Assembly: GCA_030704615.1 (NCBI GenBank)
Contig: CM060732.1
Coordinates: forward strand, 42,904,001-42,968,000
Reading direction: 5' to 3'
DNA: 64,000 nt
Source: Takakia lepidozioides
Lineage: Eukaryota; Plantae; Bryophyta
The position numbers and the translations under genes are program-made. This document shows positions 1-13,433 of this stretch, piece after piece; position 1 is the stretch's first letter; each line of letters starts with the position of its first letter. Under the pieces are notes generated by a model. It saw only the letters and a list, made by a program, of their open reading frames with translations, searched no databases and was not told the origin of the DNA.

Positions 1-270
1 TGCACTGTGGGGTTCACAATAACCTAAGATTGCAGGGCCTGCACGAGGCCTTCACCCTCAGACAATCCCTCAAGCAATAGTTTTACTTCTGGCTCTGGTT
101 TTGTTTCCTCTCTCATGTTTTTTTCCATTGTGTCCCATAAGCTCTATCCCCGCGGACGTTATAAAGTACCATTTCATTGCATTTCTCTCTCAGAATGAGA
201 TCCTCTCTAGCACCTTGCTTTGACAGTCGACCAGGAAATCTTACATTGGCTCATGCTTTTGTCCTTCCAG

Positions 271-2949
271 ATCAGGGCACTTCTACAAGGCAAGCTTGTT
301 CTGTGAGCAAGTGAGTAAAGTGGAAATCTTCCTTTTTTAACCTCCCAATGACCTTACAGTAAGGTAGAAGCAGAGTGGATTTCTGGTTTGCAAGGATGTC
401 ATGGCAGGTTCACCATTCTTTGGTTACCACTAATTAATGATGAAGAGGCCAATATTTTCCACTCTAGAGACATTTGCATAGCAACAGAGACATAACAAAT
501 TGTACTGAATGGACCCACATGCCAAATTGCACATGGCTTGAACGTGTACTGACAGCTTTCTAAACTTGGTTGTGGGCAGTGTGAACGGCAATATCACGTT
601 GACTGTTTGGAGAAGCCTATACGGGTGAGTTCTGCTCGTGAGAATAGAGGTTCATTACTAGGTATTAGTCTGCTGTCGGGATATTTTGCTGTTGAGCTTG
701 TTGACATCTATTCAACCAAATGGAAGCACACATCACAAAGGTTTTACTTGCTACTGTTGTGCTGGCCTGTGGAGACAGCACAGTTGGGTTTTAGCAGCAA
801 TGGTACAGACACGAATTATCTGAAGGGCTCTTAAACTCATTTCTGGCTGAATGTTACCGCCAATTTCACAGGGTGGACAGGGACTGCAGTTTTGTGGTGC
901 TATTTGTGTGAATATGTGGACTATATTGAGACTGTTGGTTGGCAATGGGCCTGAAACATTTGAGGATAGCCTCATCGGCAAAATATGGGAAGAGAAGCAG
1001 CGAAAAGACTCTACTGATCAGCAGTATCAGCATACTGCCATGAATCTGGAGTGGCAGCTGCTCAATGGTAGGCGTGGCGATCCAGCCACTGGTCGGACCC
1101 TTGCTGAAGCTGTGGACGTTTTCTCAGTGAGCCACTTTTATGTCTCCCTCCAAATTAAATTCCATTTCAACTAGTTGTCGTAGGATGCACCTACTTGCCA
1201 CCTACAGCAGATGTAGTTTGCCTTTTGGTTAATGCGTGCAACTTGTGTGCAGCCAGATGTCTGTGCTGCACTTCCGTTGAAGCAAGTCTAGTGATTGTAC
1301 TCTTGGTCCTAACTCTAGTATGATATTGCAGGAATGTTTTGACCCAATTGTGGACGAAAAATCGGGACGCAATTTGATCCCCCTCATGGTCTACAGGTGT
1401 GATGCCTCTCCAGCCTGATGTTTAGGATTAAAATAACTCGAGTGGGGAAGGGAGGAGGGGTTTGTCAATTCCTACCTCTCACTTGGCTTATGGGGGTGTC
1501 CCTACCAGTGGGTTCCGGATTGCTGGCAATTCTCGAAGAGCATGGTGGCAGGTTCTCCATGTCTGTGGTGGATAGATCTTGTGGATTAGGGTGAAGGAAT
1601 TGGTCTTTTGACGATGTATATGTACTTGTGTCTCACAGCCTTCGAGAATTTGCAGGCATGTACTGTGTGGTGCTGAAGTACAAGTAAGCGATTAAATTCC
1701 CACTCTCAACCCATGCTATCCTCTTCATGACAGTTGAAAGTGTTTTAATTTTTCTTTTTTTCACTGTGGGAGTTTCAGAAAGGACTCGTCTGAGGGGTGA
1801 AGCTATGGTCAAAGTGCACTTTTCTAAGGAATGATCAAACTCTCTTTTGTGGGGCTGTGATGTCTGCAGCAACAAGGTGGTGTCCACAGCTGTTGTGCGC
1901 CTTTTTGGGAACCGGCTGGCAGAGGTGCCCCTTGTGGCAACTCGCCCTGAAAACCAGCGACAGGTTCTCTCCTCTCCGTCTGGGCCTCTTGTGGATGTTA
2001 TATAATTTCTCTGTTCTTGTGTTCTTGTCTTTGTTTCTTCCTTTCTGCGACACACTGTCTCTGGTCAACGTTAGACAGGAACCTACTGAACCTATCAGGG
2101 ATTTCAGAGTGTAGGGTTTAGGCCTGATTGGGCTTTATTTGTGTTTTTCTTCTCCCACTCAAGGGCCAAATGGGGGGGTTAGCAGCGGTGCTGGTTTGCA
2201 CAATTTAGGCCTGATATTTTGGTGTTATTCATGCGTGACACTTCCATTAGGTCTTTTGAACTGTGGATGTGATAAAGTTGTTTTTTGGTCTCTCTGAATG
2301 TAATGGACTGTCTTCCTCTTCTCTTTGTCTGTGGTCTGTGAACTCCCTTTGAGACATTGGTGCCCTGTGTACAATGGTTGACGTTTTGAGACCTTTTGAA
2401 TTCTATCACAATCATCAAAGGAAATGTCTTTGAAAAGGGTGGTTTGAATCATCTCTTACCAGTCGTTAGATTGTGGGTATGCAGGGGCACTGCAGATCGC
2501 TTTGGATGTCAATTGAAAGAATGCTGTGTTCATTGGGTGTTCAGCTCCTAGTGCTGCCAGCAGCCAAGGGCAAAGAGGCAATCTGGCTCAACAAGTTCGG
2601 CTTGACCAAAATGGATGATGCTCAGGTTTGTGTTGAAGCGGTTGACATGAGTTTCATGTACACCTTCTGCTTGCCAAGTCCAAAACTGCTAACCAAGTTT
2701 GGTAGGAAAACCTCTCATAATTTGCCCAATGCAACAGGGAAGTTGAAATAAATGACTTGTACCATTGGATCCGGGAGCCACTGTCCTGCACTTTTTTGCT
2801 GTCTTTATGATAATGAGAATCTTCATAGAGAGCTGGGTTGGGCACTGTGGTTGCAGCTCAGGAAGTTACGGTCGGAGGCACACCTGATGATAGGCACAGG
2901 CTCTTCCATGCTCGAGAAGGCCATTCCTAAAGACGAGAGTTTACTGTAG
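271..2949 (+). CDS. PHD-finger / GNAT histone acetyltransferase family protein (IDM1-like), 3' exons only; the 5' part is not resolved and probably lies upstream of the window
   Basis: GT-AG exons join in frame: 271-310, 580-624, 872-1126, 1332-1396, 1639-1683, 1870-1963, 2485-2625, 2857-2949. They give ..LFCEQ|CERQYHVDCL (PHD end), ECFDPIVDEKSGRNLIPLMVY, FAGMYCVVL, VVSTAVVRLFGNRLAEVPLVATRPENQRQ|GHCRSL..LVLPAA..IWLNKFG, which is the IDM1-type GNAT C-terminus. Confidence 0.92.
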
Positions 2950-3156
2950 ACTTGCTCAGCATTGTCCTTCCTTGCTCATTCTTGTGTGTAATGGTCTGTG
3001 CTGATTTGTGCCAGATTACCTTGACTTGAGCAAGTGATGTCAGGCTCTCTAATAAATTTTGGAACCGTTTCTACTGTATTGGAACTTAGGATGTGTTTGA
3101 TGCAAGCACTTTCCAATGCATGCATGTTCCATTCACTTTTAGAGGAAGCTTTTTAT

Positions 3157-3421
3157 GGCGTAAAGGATTTTGGGGGCATTTTTTGAGGCAAATTAAAATG
3201 CAGAAGATCGACGCTCCATGGAGCTGGCGCATTCTGCATTCCTAATCGGCTTGCCATAATCGGCAGTTTGACTTTTATTGGCTCATTATGGCCTGCAGCC
3301 AATCAGGGCCTCGCAGAATCTGCCCCCAAAATTCCTTTACGCCGGGGAACACGACCCCTAGGGCGCATTATACCGGCCTCGCCCTAGTGACTCACAAGGA
3401 GCCATAATGCGCCCTAGGGGG
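3157..3421. repeat. Small nested inverted repeats (MITE-like fold-back remnants)
   Basis: ggcgtaaaggattttgggggca (3157) pairs with tgcccccaaaattcctttacgcc (ends 3343). cccctagggcgcattat pairs with ataatgcgccctagggg at ~3355-3420. Confidence 0.5.
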
Positions 3422-3493
3422 CGCGTCCTCTAGTACGTAATAATCTTGCTAGAAAGCTCAGGATCATTCAACGCCGCTGTTCACTGGCCAAGT

Positions 3494-4123
3494 GCGACAC
3501 CTGCTAGGACCAAGATTATCGGTTTGAGAGTATGTGGATTTTTGCTACTTGTTTGTTACAATGAAGCTATGTGATTCTGAATTTACAATCAACGGGAGCA
3601 TTGCAAAACGTAGAATTGAACACTTCGATGCACCATAGTTTGCGTCAAGGATATCAACCCTGAATAAGGAATCTGTGGCAAAGAAAGCATGTTTCCAGGG
3701 CTTGACAACAGCGGTTCATTCAACGAATAAAGAGACAAAGGGTTGCATCGGCGATGAAGAAAGGGATCGTGTAATTATCAAGTTTCTTAGTAAGAAGTTT
3801 GTTGCATTGTGGCAAGTTTCTTACGTTATCATTGTACTAAGAAACTTGGTAATTATATGATCCCTTTCTTCATTGCTGATGCAACCCTCTGTCTCTTTAT
3901 TCGTTGAATGAACTGTTGTTGTTGTCAAGCCCTGGAAACATGCTTTCTTTTACACAGATTCCTTCCTCATGGGTGATATCCTTGACGCAAGTTGTGGTGC
4001 ATTGAATTGTTCAATTTTGCGTTTTGCAGTGCTCCCGTTGATTGTAAATTCAGAATCACATAGCTTCATTAGCAAAAATCCACATACTCTCAAACCAATA
4101 ATCTTGGTCCTGGCAGGTGTCGC
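3494..4123 (+). ncRNA. Long fold-back (arms 3494-3792 and 3835-4123, 42-nt loop); candidate hairpin-RNA / MIRNA-like locus
   Basis: The arms are near-perfect reverse complements over ~290 bp. A hand count of transition mismatches gives about 15 G:U-compatible vs 3 A:C on the + strand. No TSD was seen. Confidence 0.6.
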
Positions 4124-4478
4124 TCACAACCTTGCAACAAACAACTAAGCCACAATGCAGATAAGAAAAGCTTGATAAAAGAGGCTCGGCCTGTGACAGA
4201 GTAAGCAACACTCCCACAACAACGATAGGCTTTGCAATAGGATCTCAAGAGTTTGGAATGGTGGAGGTCAATGATGAGAAATCATGGCAAAGCTTTTCGG
4301 AGGCGAACTACAAACACAAAAGAGGAGAAACGTAGCAATATAATAAACTACCTTAACAGCTGTGCATTACTTGTAATACTCTAGGAGAGGTGAGGCAGTG
4401 GTTTATGCAGTTGTTTTCATTCCAGTCCAACTGACACGCCGCTCTCGAAGAACTCTTGGTGTGAAGGAACGGCAAGCA

Positions 4479-5144
4479 ATGGCGATGGCAGACAAGACAG
4501 CAGCGATTGTGAGGCTGGCAACGCGAAAGGATGTGCCGGCTATAGCTGCACTGGTGCGCCAGCTTGCAGAGTTTGAGAATCTTACGCATGCATGTGTGGG
4601 CACAGAATCGGACTTCGAGTCCTCTCTCTTCAATCTGCCTCCTTTTCATGGCCCCACAGTTTTCATGCTTGAGACTAGCCCCGTTACTACAGATTTTCCG
4701 AAGGAGAATGCGGGTGTTGAAGGAAAGTCAGAGCAGGCAGGTTCGGGAAAGATCGCATTTGAAGAAAGCGTGAAGGAAGTGACACTTAGCTCGGCCATCA
4801 CTGATCCTTATATGGCAGCTTTCCGTTCCGCAGGCGATGAGAGTCGCATTGTGGTAGGTTTTGTGCTTTTCTTCCCGAACTACTCCACATTTCTTGCTAA
4901 AGGAGGGTACTATATAGAGGATTTGTATGTGAGAAAGCCATACCGGGGACGAGGGTTTGGCTCCATTTTGTTAAAGACAGTAGCGCAACAAGCCGTGAAG
5001 CTAGGGGCTGGGAGAGTGGAGTGGTGTGTGCTCGATTGGAACATTAATGCGATCAAGTTCTATGAAGGCATCGGTGCAACTGTCATGCCGGAATGGAGGA
5101 TATGCCGACTCACTGGAGATGCTCTGCTGAAGTGCAATCCCTGA
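4479..5144 (+). CDS. GNAT N-acetyltransferase, NATA1-like (ornithine/polyamine/tyramine acyltransferase family), intronless, ~221 aa
   Basis: VRLATRKDVPAIAALVRQLAEFENL; GFVLFFPNYSTFLAKGGYYIEDLYVRKPYRGRGFGSILL (acetyl-CoA motif A); RVEWCVLDWNINAIKFYEGIGA. First ATG at 4479. Confidence 0.93.
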   Translation: MAMADKTAAIVRLATRKDVPAIAALVRQLAEFENLTHACVGTESDFESSLFNLPPFHGPTVFMLETSPVTTDFPKENAGVEGKSEQAGSGKIAFEESVKEVTLSSAITDPYMAAFRSAGDESRIVVGFVLFFPNYSTFLAKGGYYIEDLYVRKPYRGRGFGSILLKTVAQQAVKLGAGRVEWCVLDWNINAIKFYEGIGATVMPEWRICRLTGDALLKCNP

Positions 5145-6853
5145 GTTTCTGCAGGCAGTCACCTCTTTTCTTCTGCCCTCAAGGTAACTGCATTTTTTTC
5201 GCGTCTCCTGAGACTGGTTCCAAGCCTCCTGTGTCAACACAGAGGTCTTGGACATCATTTTACCAGTCGTTATCTGTAGGGCTAGTACATGTTCCTAGAA
5301 CTTCTGTTAGACTGGAGGCATTTTGCTTTCGGTGCAATCATGCCACTGAAACTAGCAACCAGCTTTCAATTTTCTCCAATCTGTTTCTTAGTCTTCCTGG
5401 AATTTCTGGTGATGAATAATTACTTAATCTCAAGTGGTGTTAACCCACTGTATCGCAGCTCCCGAGCACTTCAGGGGAGGGTAAGCTTTGTTTGTGCAGT
5501 CAGGGGGCAATCTTTGTCGAGATGCACATACATAGAGAAAGAAAGAGATTTTTTTTTGTTTATTCTGGGGCCCAAAGGCCTCTGAGAAAGACGTGACATT
5601 TTTTATCTTTCAACTATCAGCTGGAGATTGCCACAGTGAGACCTTAGAGCATAGGAAAATTCCAGCACAGTCACAAACCACTTCAGGTTTTGTGTGACTG
5701 CTTTGAGTTGGGTATGTGCTTTCTACATACATGCGCACGCAAATCTCGGACTAAAACAAGATCGTAGAAGGCCCATAGCAAGGGTGAGAGACAGTTTGAA
5801 AGGCCCACCGAAGTACTGGCAAGCTAAGCCATTGCCTTTGATCAACTCCCAAAACGAACATTTCTCCTATACGAATCTACTTGCACAAAGAAAGTTTGAG
5901 TGGAGTGATAATTGCGCCAATCCTCTACGAGAAGGCACGGCACGCCTGCGAAGACCTGCAATCTTTCTCTCTCTTAGGCCATGTCTTCCATGAGCTGTGG
6001 TAAAATCTACAAACAAAAAACAGTGTTGACCATCTCTCTTAAAGTGCCTGTGAATGAATTTATGTTCACATAAGTGAAGAACTGAGACTTCTTCTTCTTT
6101 TTTCTTTTTTGCATTGAGACTTCTTTTAGCTCGAGTGCTCTGTTATGACGGATAGTTGATGGCAATGAAACGAGTTCTGTGTCGGATTATGCGTGAACAT
6201 GGGCAACTCACAGACCTTCTTCTCACCAACGTAATGAGCATTCTTCGAACGGTCAACCCAGCCAGCACCCTCTTCAAGTGACTTTCTCTCTTGCTTAGAC
6301 ACTCCATTTTCAAATCAGAGATTCTGCCTCAAACAGTTGGATGCACATACTCAGGTAGCAATCGTGCATTTAGGATAAGTATTTGGAATAGAAGTAGACT
6401 TCGTTCAAGCTGCTGTAGGGACAGTTTGAGTCTACCTTTCTGACGACATAATTACATCAACATCAGAAGTGTCCTCACTGCCAAAAAGTACCAGTTGACT
6501 CGAGTGTCAACTCTTGCTCTTAAGAGCAGTAGGTCACTTGCAGTATCGAGTGGGCTTCCTCCGGGAAGAGTTCAATCTAAGTTGTGTGCAGTTGTATTTT
6601 CTTTCTATCCCAAGCAGAGAGACTGACCCGCGACCAAAAGCATAATTATGGGATTTATAGCTGCTGCTAGTAACATAAAATGTCAAACTGCAAGAAGCTT
6701 CAGGTTCAAAGTCTCAGGTTCAACAAGCAAAATCTGCTAAGACTCTCTGTTTCAAGCTGAGAATTGAACTACTGACATAAACAAACAAACCAGAAGTTGG
6801 AAGGCACCTTTCCATTTGTCCACTGAAATGTATCTACACAAAGCACAAGACCA

Positions 6854-9634
6854 TTACTGCATGGAGGAAAATGCTCCATACTTGCGATCATAGTTCACCA
6901 CAGTTTGTGGTTGCAATATCCAAAGGTGTGCTGGAGCCCAGCCAACAGAAGTGGTTGCTATAGAAACGAACCCAAAGGCCATGCCTAAGACAAATCCGGG
7001 AATTGATAGAAAATCTGCAACCCAATCTGAGAATGTGGCTTCACTAGTGTCCACAGTCAGGGTCGTTGGGATATTTCCTTGTGAGGGACATTGCTTAGAG
7101 AGCGGAAGCCCACATAGAGCAGGATTGTTCAAATAGGATTAGTTCGAGAATTTTGTGGTGAAGACTCCTCCTGTTGGAATCTGCCCAGAGAGGTTGTTGT
7201 CTGAGAGATTCATGACTTCCAAGGCACCCAAACTTGCTAGGTTGTCTGGAATTGTACTGCTCAGTAGATTATAGGAGAGGTCCAAGGACTCGAGTGCACT
7301 GATGTTGGAAATGCTCTTTGGGATTGGCCCTGTGAAAGAATTGTGGGACAAATACAGGGAGATGAGCTGCCCCAGTTGTCCAATCTCTGTTGGAATCTGG
7401 CCACTGAGTTTATTTGATGAAATGTCAAAAGATGTTGTGGTCAATAAGATATACGTGAATGTCGCTGTGTTGCCTTTGAGTGTGATTTGGAGGTCTTCAC
7501 CAACATAGAGGATGAAAGGACTTGAAGTTTGACCATTCACTCCTTGGAATCCAGTCAACGTATTTGGCACATTGAAGCCTGTCAACTGACTTAACTGTTC
7601 CGGGAGCCCACCTGTGCGAGAGATCCAACACCTGCAATCGATTCAGATTCCAGACCCAATCTGGAATTGGGCCGGTAAGAGCGTTGTGTGCCAAACTGAG
7701 CACCCGCAGTCCCTGAAAAGCGCCATCCTCAAAAACTGGGATAGTGCCATAGAGCTGGTTTCCACTGAAATCAACTAGCACCAGATGTTACATTTACCCA
7801 AGGACATTGGAACCTGCCCTGTAAATTGATTATTGGTCACTGACAGAGTATTAAGAGAGTTGCTAAGCTTTTCCAAATCTAATGAGAACTCTCCACTTAG
7901 TAAATTGTTACCAAGTGATAATGTTTGCAAAGCCGAACAGTCCTCAAGCTTGCTGGGAATGTTCCCAGTGAACTGATTCGATTCTAACCCCAGTTCCACA
8001 AGAGACGAACAATTTCCCAGACTAGCAGGAATGGTACCTCCGAGGCTGTTATTGGAAAGGTAAAGGTACATTAGGTTTTGTAACCTTCCTAGCTCCATCG
8101 GTATGTACCCACTGAGCTTATTGGAGTTCAAGTCGAGTTCCCCCAAATATGAGCAATCTCCAAAACTGGCAGGAATGGTGCCAATTAGGGCGTTGTTACC
8201 AAGGAGAAGATCTTGAAGGTTTTGCAACTTCCCTAGCTCCATCAGTATGTTCCCACTGAGTTTATTGGCGTTCAAATCCACATTGATCAAAGAGATTGCT
8301 GATTAGAGTACAAATCCACTCTCACCAAAGACGAGCCATCTCCGAAACTGGCAGGAATGGTGCCAACTAAGGCATTGTTCCCGATGGTAAGGGTGGTTAG
8401 GTTTGGCAACCTCCCTAGCTCCATGAGTATGTTCCCACTGAAATGATTGAAGCTCAAGTCCAGTTCCACCACAGATGACCAATCTCCCAAACTAGGATGA
8501 ATGGTGCTTGCGAGGTTGTTGTTAGAAAGGCCAAGACGTTTTAAGTTCCACAACCTCCCTAGCGTTGACGGTATGTTGCCATTGAGCTGATTGGAATCCA
8601 AATACAGATAAACCAAAGATGAGCAATTTCCCAAACTAGCAGAAATGGTTCCTGTGAGCTTGTTGTGATAAAGGCTGAGGGAGTTTAGGTGTTGCAACCG
8701 TCCTAGCTCCATCGGTATGTTCCCACTGAGTTGATTGGAACTCAGGTCCAGTTCCACCAAAGATGAGCAATCTCCCAAACTAGCAGGAATGGTGTCTGTG
8801 AGCTCGTTGTTGTCAAGGTGAAGAAGTGTAAGGTGTCGCAACCTCCCTAGCTCCATCGGTATGTTTCCACTTAGTTGATTGGAGCCCAAGTATAGTTCCA
8901 CCAAAGCTGAGCAATCTCCCAAACTAGCAGGAATGGTGCCTGTAAGCCTGTTGTTCCAAAGGCTAAGATATTCGAGGTGTCGCAACCTCCCTAGCTCCAT
9001 CGGTATGTTCCCACTGAGCTGATTGGAATTCAAGTCCAGGTCGACCAAAGATGAGCAATCTCCCAAACTAGTAGGAATGACTCCTGCGAGTAAGAAAGGA
9101 CTTCTGTCACTAAGGATAGTCAAATGTATACTCTGGCCTAGCAAACCGTTGTAAGTTGTCACTAAGCCAAAGAGTACTCTCGTGTTAACTATGGCCTACT
9201 GGCTCAATTGCAGCATGCAACCTGAGACGGAATTTTTATACATCTAATATCACAAGTAGGGACAACACATACCTGTGAAAGCATTGGAGGACAAGTTGAG
9301 AGTCCTCAAGAAGGAGAGATTGCCAAGTAACGGGGTGATGGTGCCTTGGAGATCCGTGCCTACAAGATTCAGTTGTACCACGTGTGCGTGTGCTTCATCA
9401 CAGGTGACCCCGTTCCATGAGTGACAAATGTCTCTTCCGGTTGCTGCGCTCCAGTTCGTTAACATTCCATTTGGATCCTTAAGAATGCCACCTTTGAACG
9501 CCAACAACACCTCCACGTCCACCATCTGGGCCGATGTTGCCTACGTGATCATCAGCCATCATCGAAATATTGTTCTCCTGCAAACCTCGACAAGTAGGCG
9601 ATTGTGGTGTTGCTCAATACATTATATCTGCCAT
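6854..9634 (-). pseudogene. LRR receptor-like protein (RLP, no kinase) pseudogene
   Basis: LRRNT (LLAFK..DP.GMLTNW..CHSWNGVTC), intron 9084-9272, more than 20 plant LRRs (LxxLDLSSNQLSGNIP), island domain, LRRCT (NNPALCGLPL..C) and a TM segment. The frame is broken at ~8290, ~7780, ~7590 and ~7140, and there are stops in the signal-peptide region. Confidence 0.88.
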
Positions 9635-10778
9635 GACGCCTAGCACTAACAATGTGCTCAAAACCTCGTATAAATTTGCATGACTCAGCACAGCCATGCT
9701 TCTTCACAAGCGCAGGCCGGCACAACGCGTTTTGTCTTTGGCCCACAGCAAGCTTTGATGGGTAGACAACCTCCTTAATGCCTGCTTGTAACCAATACTA
9801 CAAATCTTGCTCAAGATCGTCAGGGTCCTAAAAACCAGGAAAATGGTCCTTACATATGCCTGGAGGAGGACTGACTACTAAACAACGATAGACAACATTC
9901 AGGCTTGGAAGTGAATCTAATACAGACCACCATATATATTCAGTGAAAATGATTCGCCTCAAGTGACATTGCTGCACATGGCAGACGACACTCTATCTGA
10001 AATTATAGTATCTAGAGATTCAAATCACCGAAACTCCAACACCACATTAGTATTGTACCTACCCTTACCGAAGGCATGGCTACTGGGTAGTCAGTGCTCG
10101 TGCAAGTGCTTTATTCCGTGAGTGAGTGTCCATCTCACGGTACAGTGTCGTAGAAAGATCAACTTTCATGATCTAGATATGGTCAGTGTGAAGAGGATCC
10201 GACGACGCCAACCCGGAGTTCCAGAACCTTGGTGCATCCGTTGGACGTGAGAGTAAACGCAGCGTCTGAGGTATGCGGTGACAACAGAAGTCGACATGGA
10301 CAATGTCGGTATGTAGTAGTCTGCCGACACCAAAGTGAAGAGAACAAGCGACAACATTGGAGCTTCCCCACATCATCACTCCAGTCCCAACACTTACAAC
10401 TCCACGGTCGAAACTACCTTGCAGAGCGACGTGATCGTCGCGCTGCACGTCAAAACCAACCTCCGAGCTTGCATTCCCCACAAAGAAAGAGACAGGAGCG
10501 AGGAGCAACTTCTCTCTCTTCTGTCAACTTCTCTCGTATTTGTTGCTGACATGGGCAGCCACTCTCACGCCGCCGTCAGCCTTTCGTACACTTACTGGAA
10601 AGTTCCCTGCAAAGACCCGGATGAGGAATTGCTTATAAGTAAGAAACAAGTAAGGCTTTTCACTGCGCAAATAGGAAAACACCCGGATTGAGTTACACTT
10701 CCATGTAAGTTAACCCAGTGTCACCCCATTGGAGGTACACTCCCTGCCACTCCCTTCAGTTCCATATCACTCTTGTCA

Positions 10779-10858
10779 GGGTGGGGAAGATCTGGCATGC
10801 CAATAACCCAATCAGATTTCGCAAGTGTGAATTAAGTTCTTACATTATTCCTAGTGTT
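10779..10858 (-). mobile_element. Orphan terminus of the GGAAGA-TIR Mutator family
   Basis: taagttcttacattattccta (10833-10853) matches the family TIR. agggtggggaagatctggcatgcc matches the reverse complement of the subterminal sequence at ~18525-18550. Confidence 0.6.
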
Positions 10859-13433
10859 CTCTCTTTCAAGTCTTTTATTTGATCTTCACCATAGCATATA
10901 TCAATCTCTCCAGTTCCCAAACTGAGTTACAACAATCCCAAGACCAGGAATCCTTTGCTCTAGAGATATGTAGAGAGAAGACCAAGAAGACGACCCTACC
11001 GTTAGTTGACCAAACCCAACTAACTCACCAACCCTGTTAAGTCAATGAGTCACTTGTTGTGATCGGAATGGTGATTCACCATCACAGGATATGCCTCTAC
11101 AATGTTCATGGGTGAAATCTACATGATTTTTAGAGTACCCAAAGTACAGTCATTGCCATCACTCATAGCAGTGAATCACATACAATTTCATCACTTTTTT
11201 CTTCCAAATTGAGATTCTGCATTTGCACTATGCAAAATCTTACCACCCGGTCAACTATACATGTTTCACATCGATCTTCCACCCGGACAAGTAAGTGCCC
11301 TGTCTTTGAAGTTTGAACACCAACATACACAACCAAATATATATATAAATATATTTATGACGCCTCCCGACGAAGTGTAATTTTGGACATTGGTAAACTT
11401 GTGAGAATAGGTGTGAAATATTTTGGTGTCGGGAAAGAGCCTCTTCCCTACGATCAAACCCCACCAAAAAGCCACGTCAAGGTCAGGTTTTGAAGCTGGG
11501 GTGGGGCCTTCTATGTGCAACCCTACCCCAAACCCTATCCTCGGGTCAACCTCTGGCCCCCATGAAAAGTGGGATGTTAGAACTTAGGACATTGGTCCCC
11601 ATCTTTGACTTTTACCTGCTATTGAAAGTTGACTTTTAGACTAACCTGTTGAGTAGGTTTTCGTGCCATTTTCCTTTGCTCTCCCTCCTTCATGGGAAAT
11701 AATTTGAGTTCAACCAGCCACATTCGGAGCACCAAACCGCGGTTTGGGAGTTGGGAGTTGGGAGATGGGATTCCATTGCTTCCCTTGAAGGCTAACTGTG
11801 TTTCCATGTAGACCCCACCCGTGGTCGTTACGATGGTGTTGACTAGTTGACAGCTGCTGACAACAGGTTGCTTAATCAAGGAGGCCTGCAACGAACTGGG
11901 AGAATCTGCAGCCAGTTACATGCTAGCGGAGTGGTTTGGAGGAATTTCCGTACTGTAAAGCACTTCCAAAAAATCTTGTTTGTATTTATCGTGCTGTTAA
12001 AAAGCAGAATTCACGGGGGTGCAGGCGGAATGCACCCCATCGGCTCCCTCGAGTGCATTCCGAAATGCAGAATGCACCGGCCATTGCATTTTTTTAGGCC
12101 CGAAAATCTGGGAATGCCCTCCACTCAGGGCATTACCCTATACTGAAACCTTAGAAGATTTATCGATGAAATTTAGTTACGAAATTGACCGGTTGTATGC
12201 TGGGAGCGCCCTTCCTCAAGTATGGCCGGCCCACAACGAGGCCCAGTGGAGGCCGGGTCGGACGAGAAGCCTTGTCGGATAGAGTGCATAACGAAACAGG
12301 AATGATACTTTACACATGAGTGATTTGGATGTAGCGCTACCAATTATCCCAGGCAGGGCCCTCTCTCATAGCCGCACCTTGCGTAAGCAAATAACAAAGA
12401 TTGTCTTACACATCCATGGGTGGGATTGTTTTAATCGATGGATCGATCAGAAGAGGATGAACCGTACACGCGCCGTAAGGCGTCATCATCGTCATCCTGG
12501 CTTGCAATGCACACCAGCGTTTTTTTTTCCATATAAGTGTTGTCACAACAAAAGAATTACATGCAAAGAGAAACAGGAGCTTGGCACCCCCAACAGTGGT
12601 ACAGAATATAAGTGGTCGGACCACGCATTCAAACAGTGTACATAGGAGGAGGGAGAGGCCACTACCAAGGAACAGGGAGGAGAGTCGGATCAGGGCGGGG
12701 AACGTACAGTGTGAGAAGAGCGATCTGGAGTCCAAACTACTGAACAATTTGTCCTTTCCAACTATGTTCCAAAATCTACTAGGATGTTTCATTTGTCGTG
12801 TTGAAATCGCTTGGGAATTAAACTCCGGAAGCCTGCCTCTTACGGCATATTTGATAAGGAAATGATTGACAACTGCTGCAAGACATCCGATCAAATCAAA
12901 AGAGTTACTGACTGGGCAGGGCGTCTCGTGCCAATACGCCCGAGGGTGTTTAAGATCACTTCGAGCAGAATACCTTACTAGTGTGTACAGCCTCCCACAA
13001 GCACCCCATAATCTCATCTATGAAATCCGAATCATCGAGAACCCCCAAACAAACTGAAGCGGATCATGAAACGTCCACAGTGAAAACTATTCTGGTTAGA
13101 TCGATTCAATATTGATGTCCCTTGCAACAGCACAGTAGGAGCAGGATAGGATGATCAACATGAACTCTCCCCATGTAGTCCTCTGCATGACTACAATGCC
13201 GCGTGTGGCTGCATTCCACTGCTTGCCTGTGTGTGTGTGAGGAGACGGAGAGGGAGAGACAAGAAGACACAAATCCAAGAGCATTTCCTACGCTAAACTC
13301 CGTTAGCTGTAGGAGTTATGCACTAGTCTTAACGGAATATGTTAGCAAACGGGAACCAGAAAACTTTCCTATCTCGATTATGTGTTCGAATGAATGAGGA
13401 ATCAGGAAGATGAAAGTAGAAGGATCTGGATGA

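Noticed and set aside
4398-4478. N-terminal extension of the acetyltransferase in the ORF track
   Set aside because: It starts at GTG; the first ATG is at 4479 and family similarity begins after it.
10166-10691. Cluster of overlapping short ORFs
   Set aside because: No recognisable domain or splice structure; adjacent to an orphan transposon end.
12316-13057. 203-aa and overlapping ORFs
   Set aside because: Non-ATG start for the long ORF, atypical composition and no motif; probably spurious.
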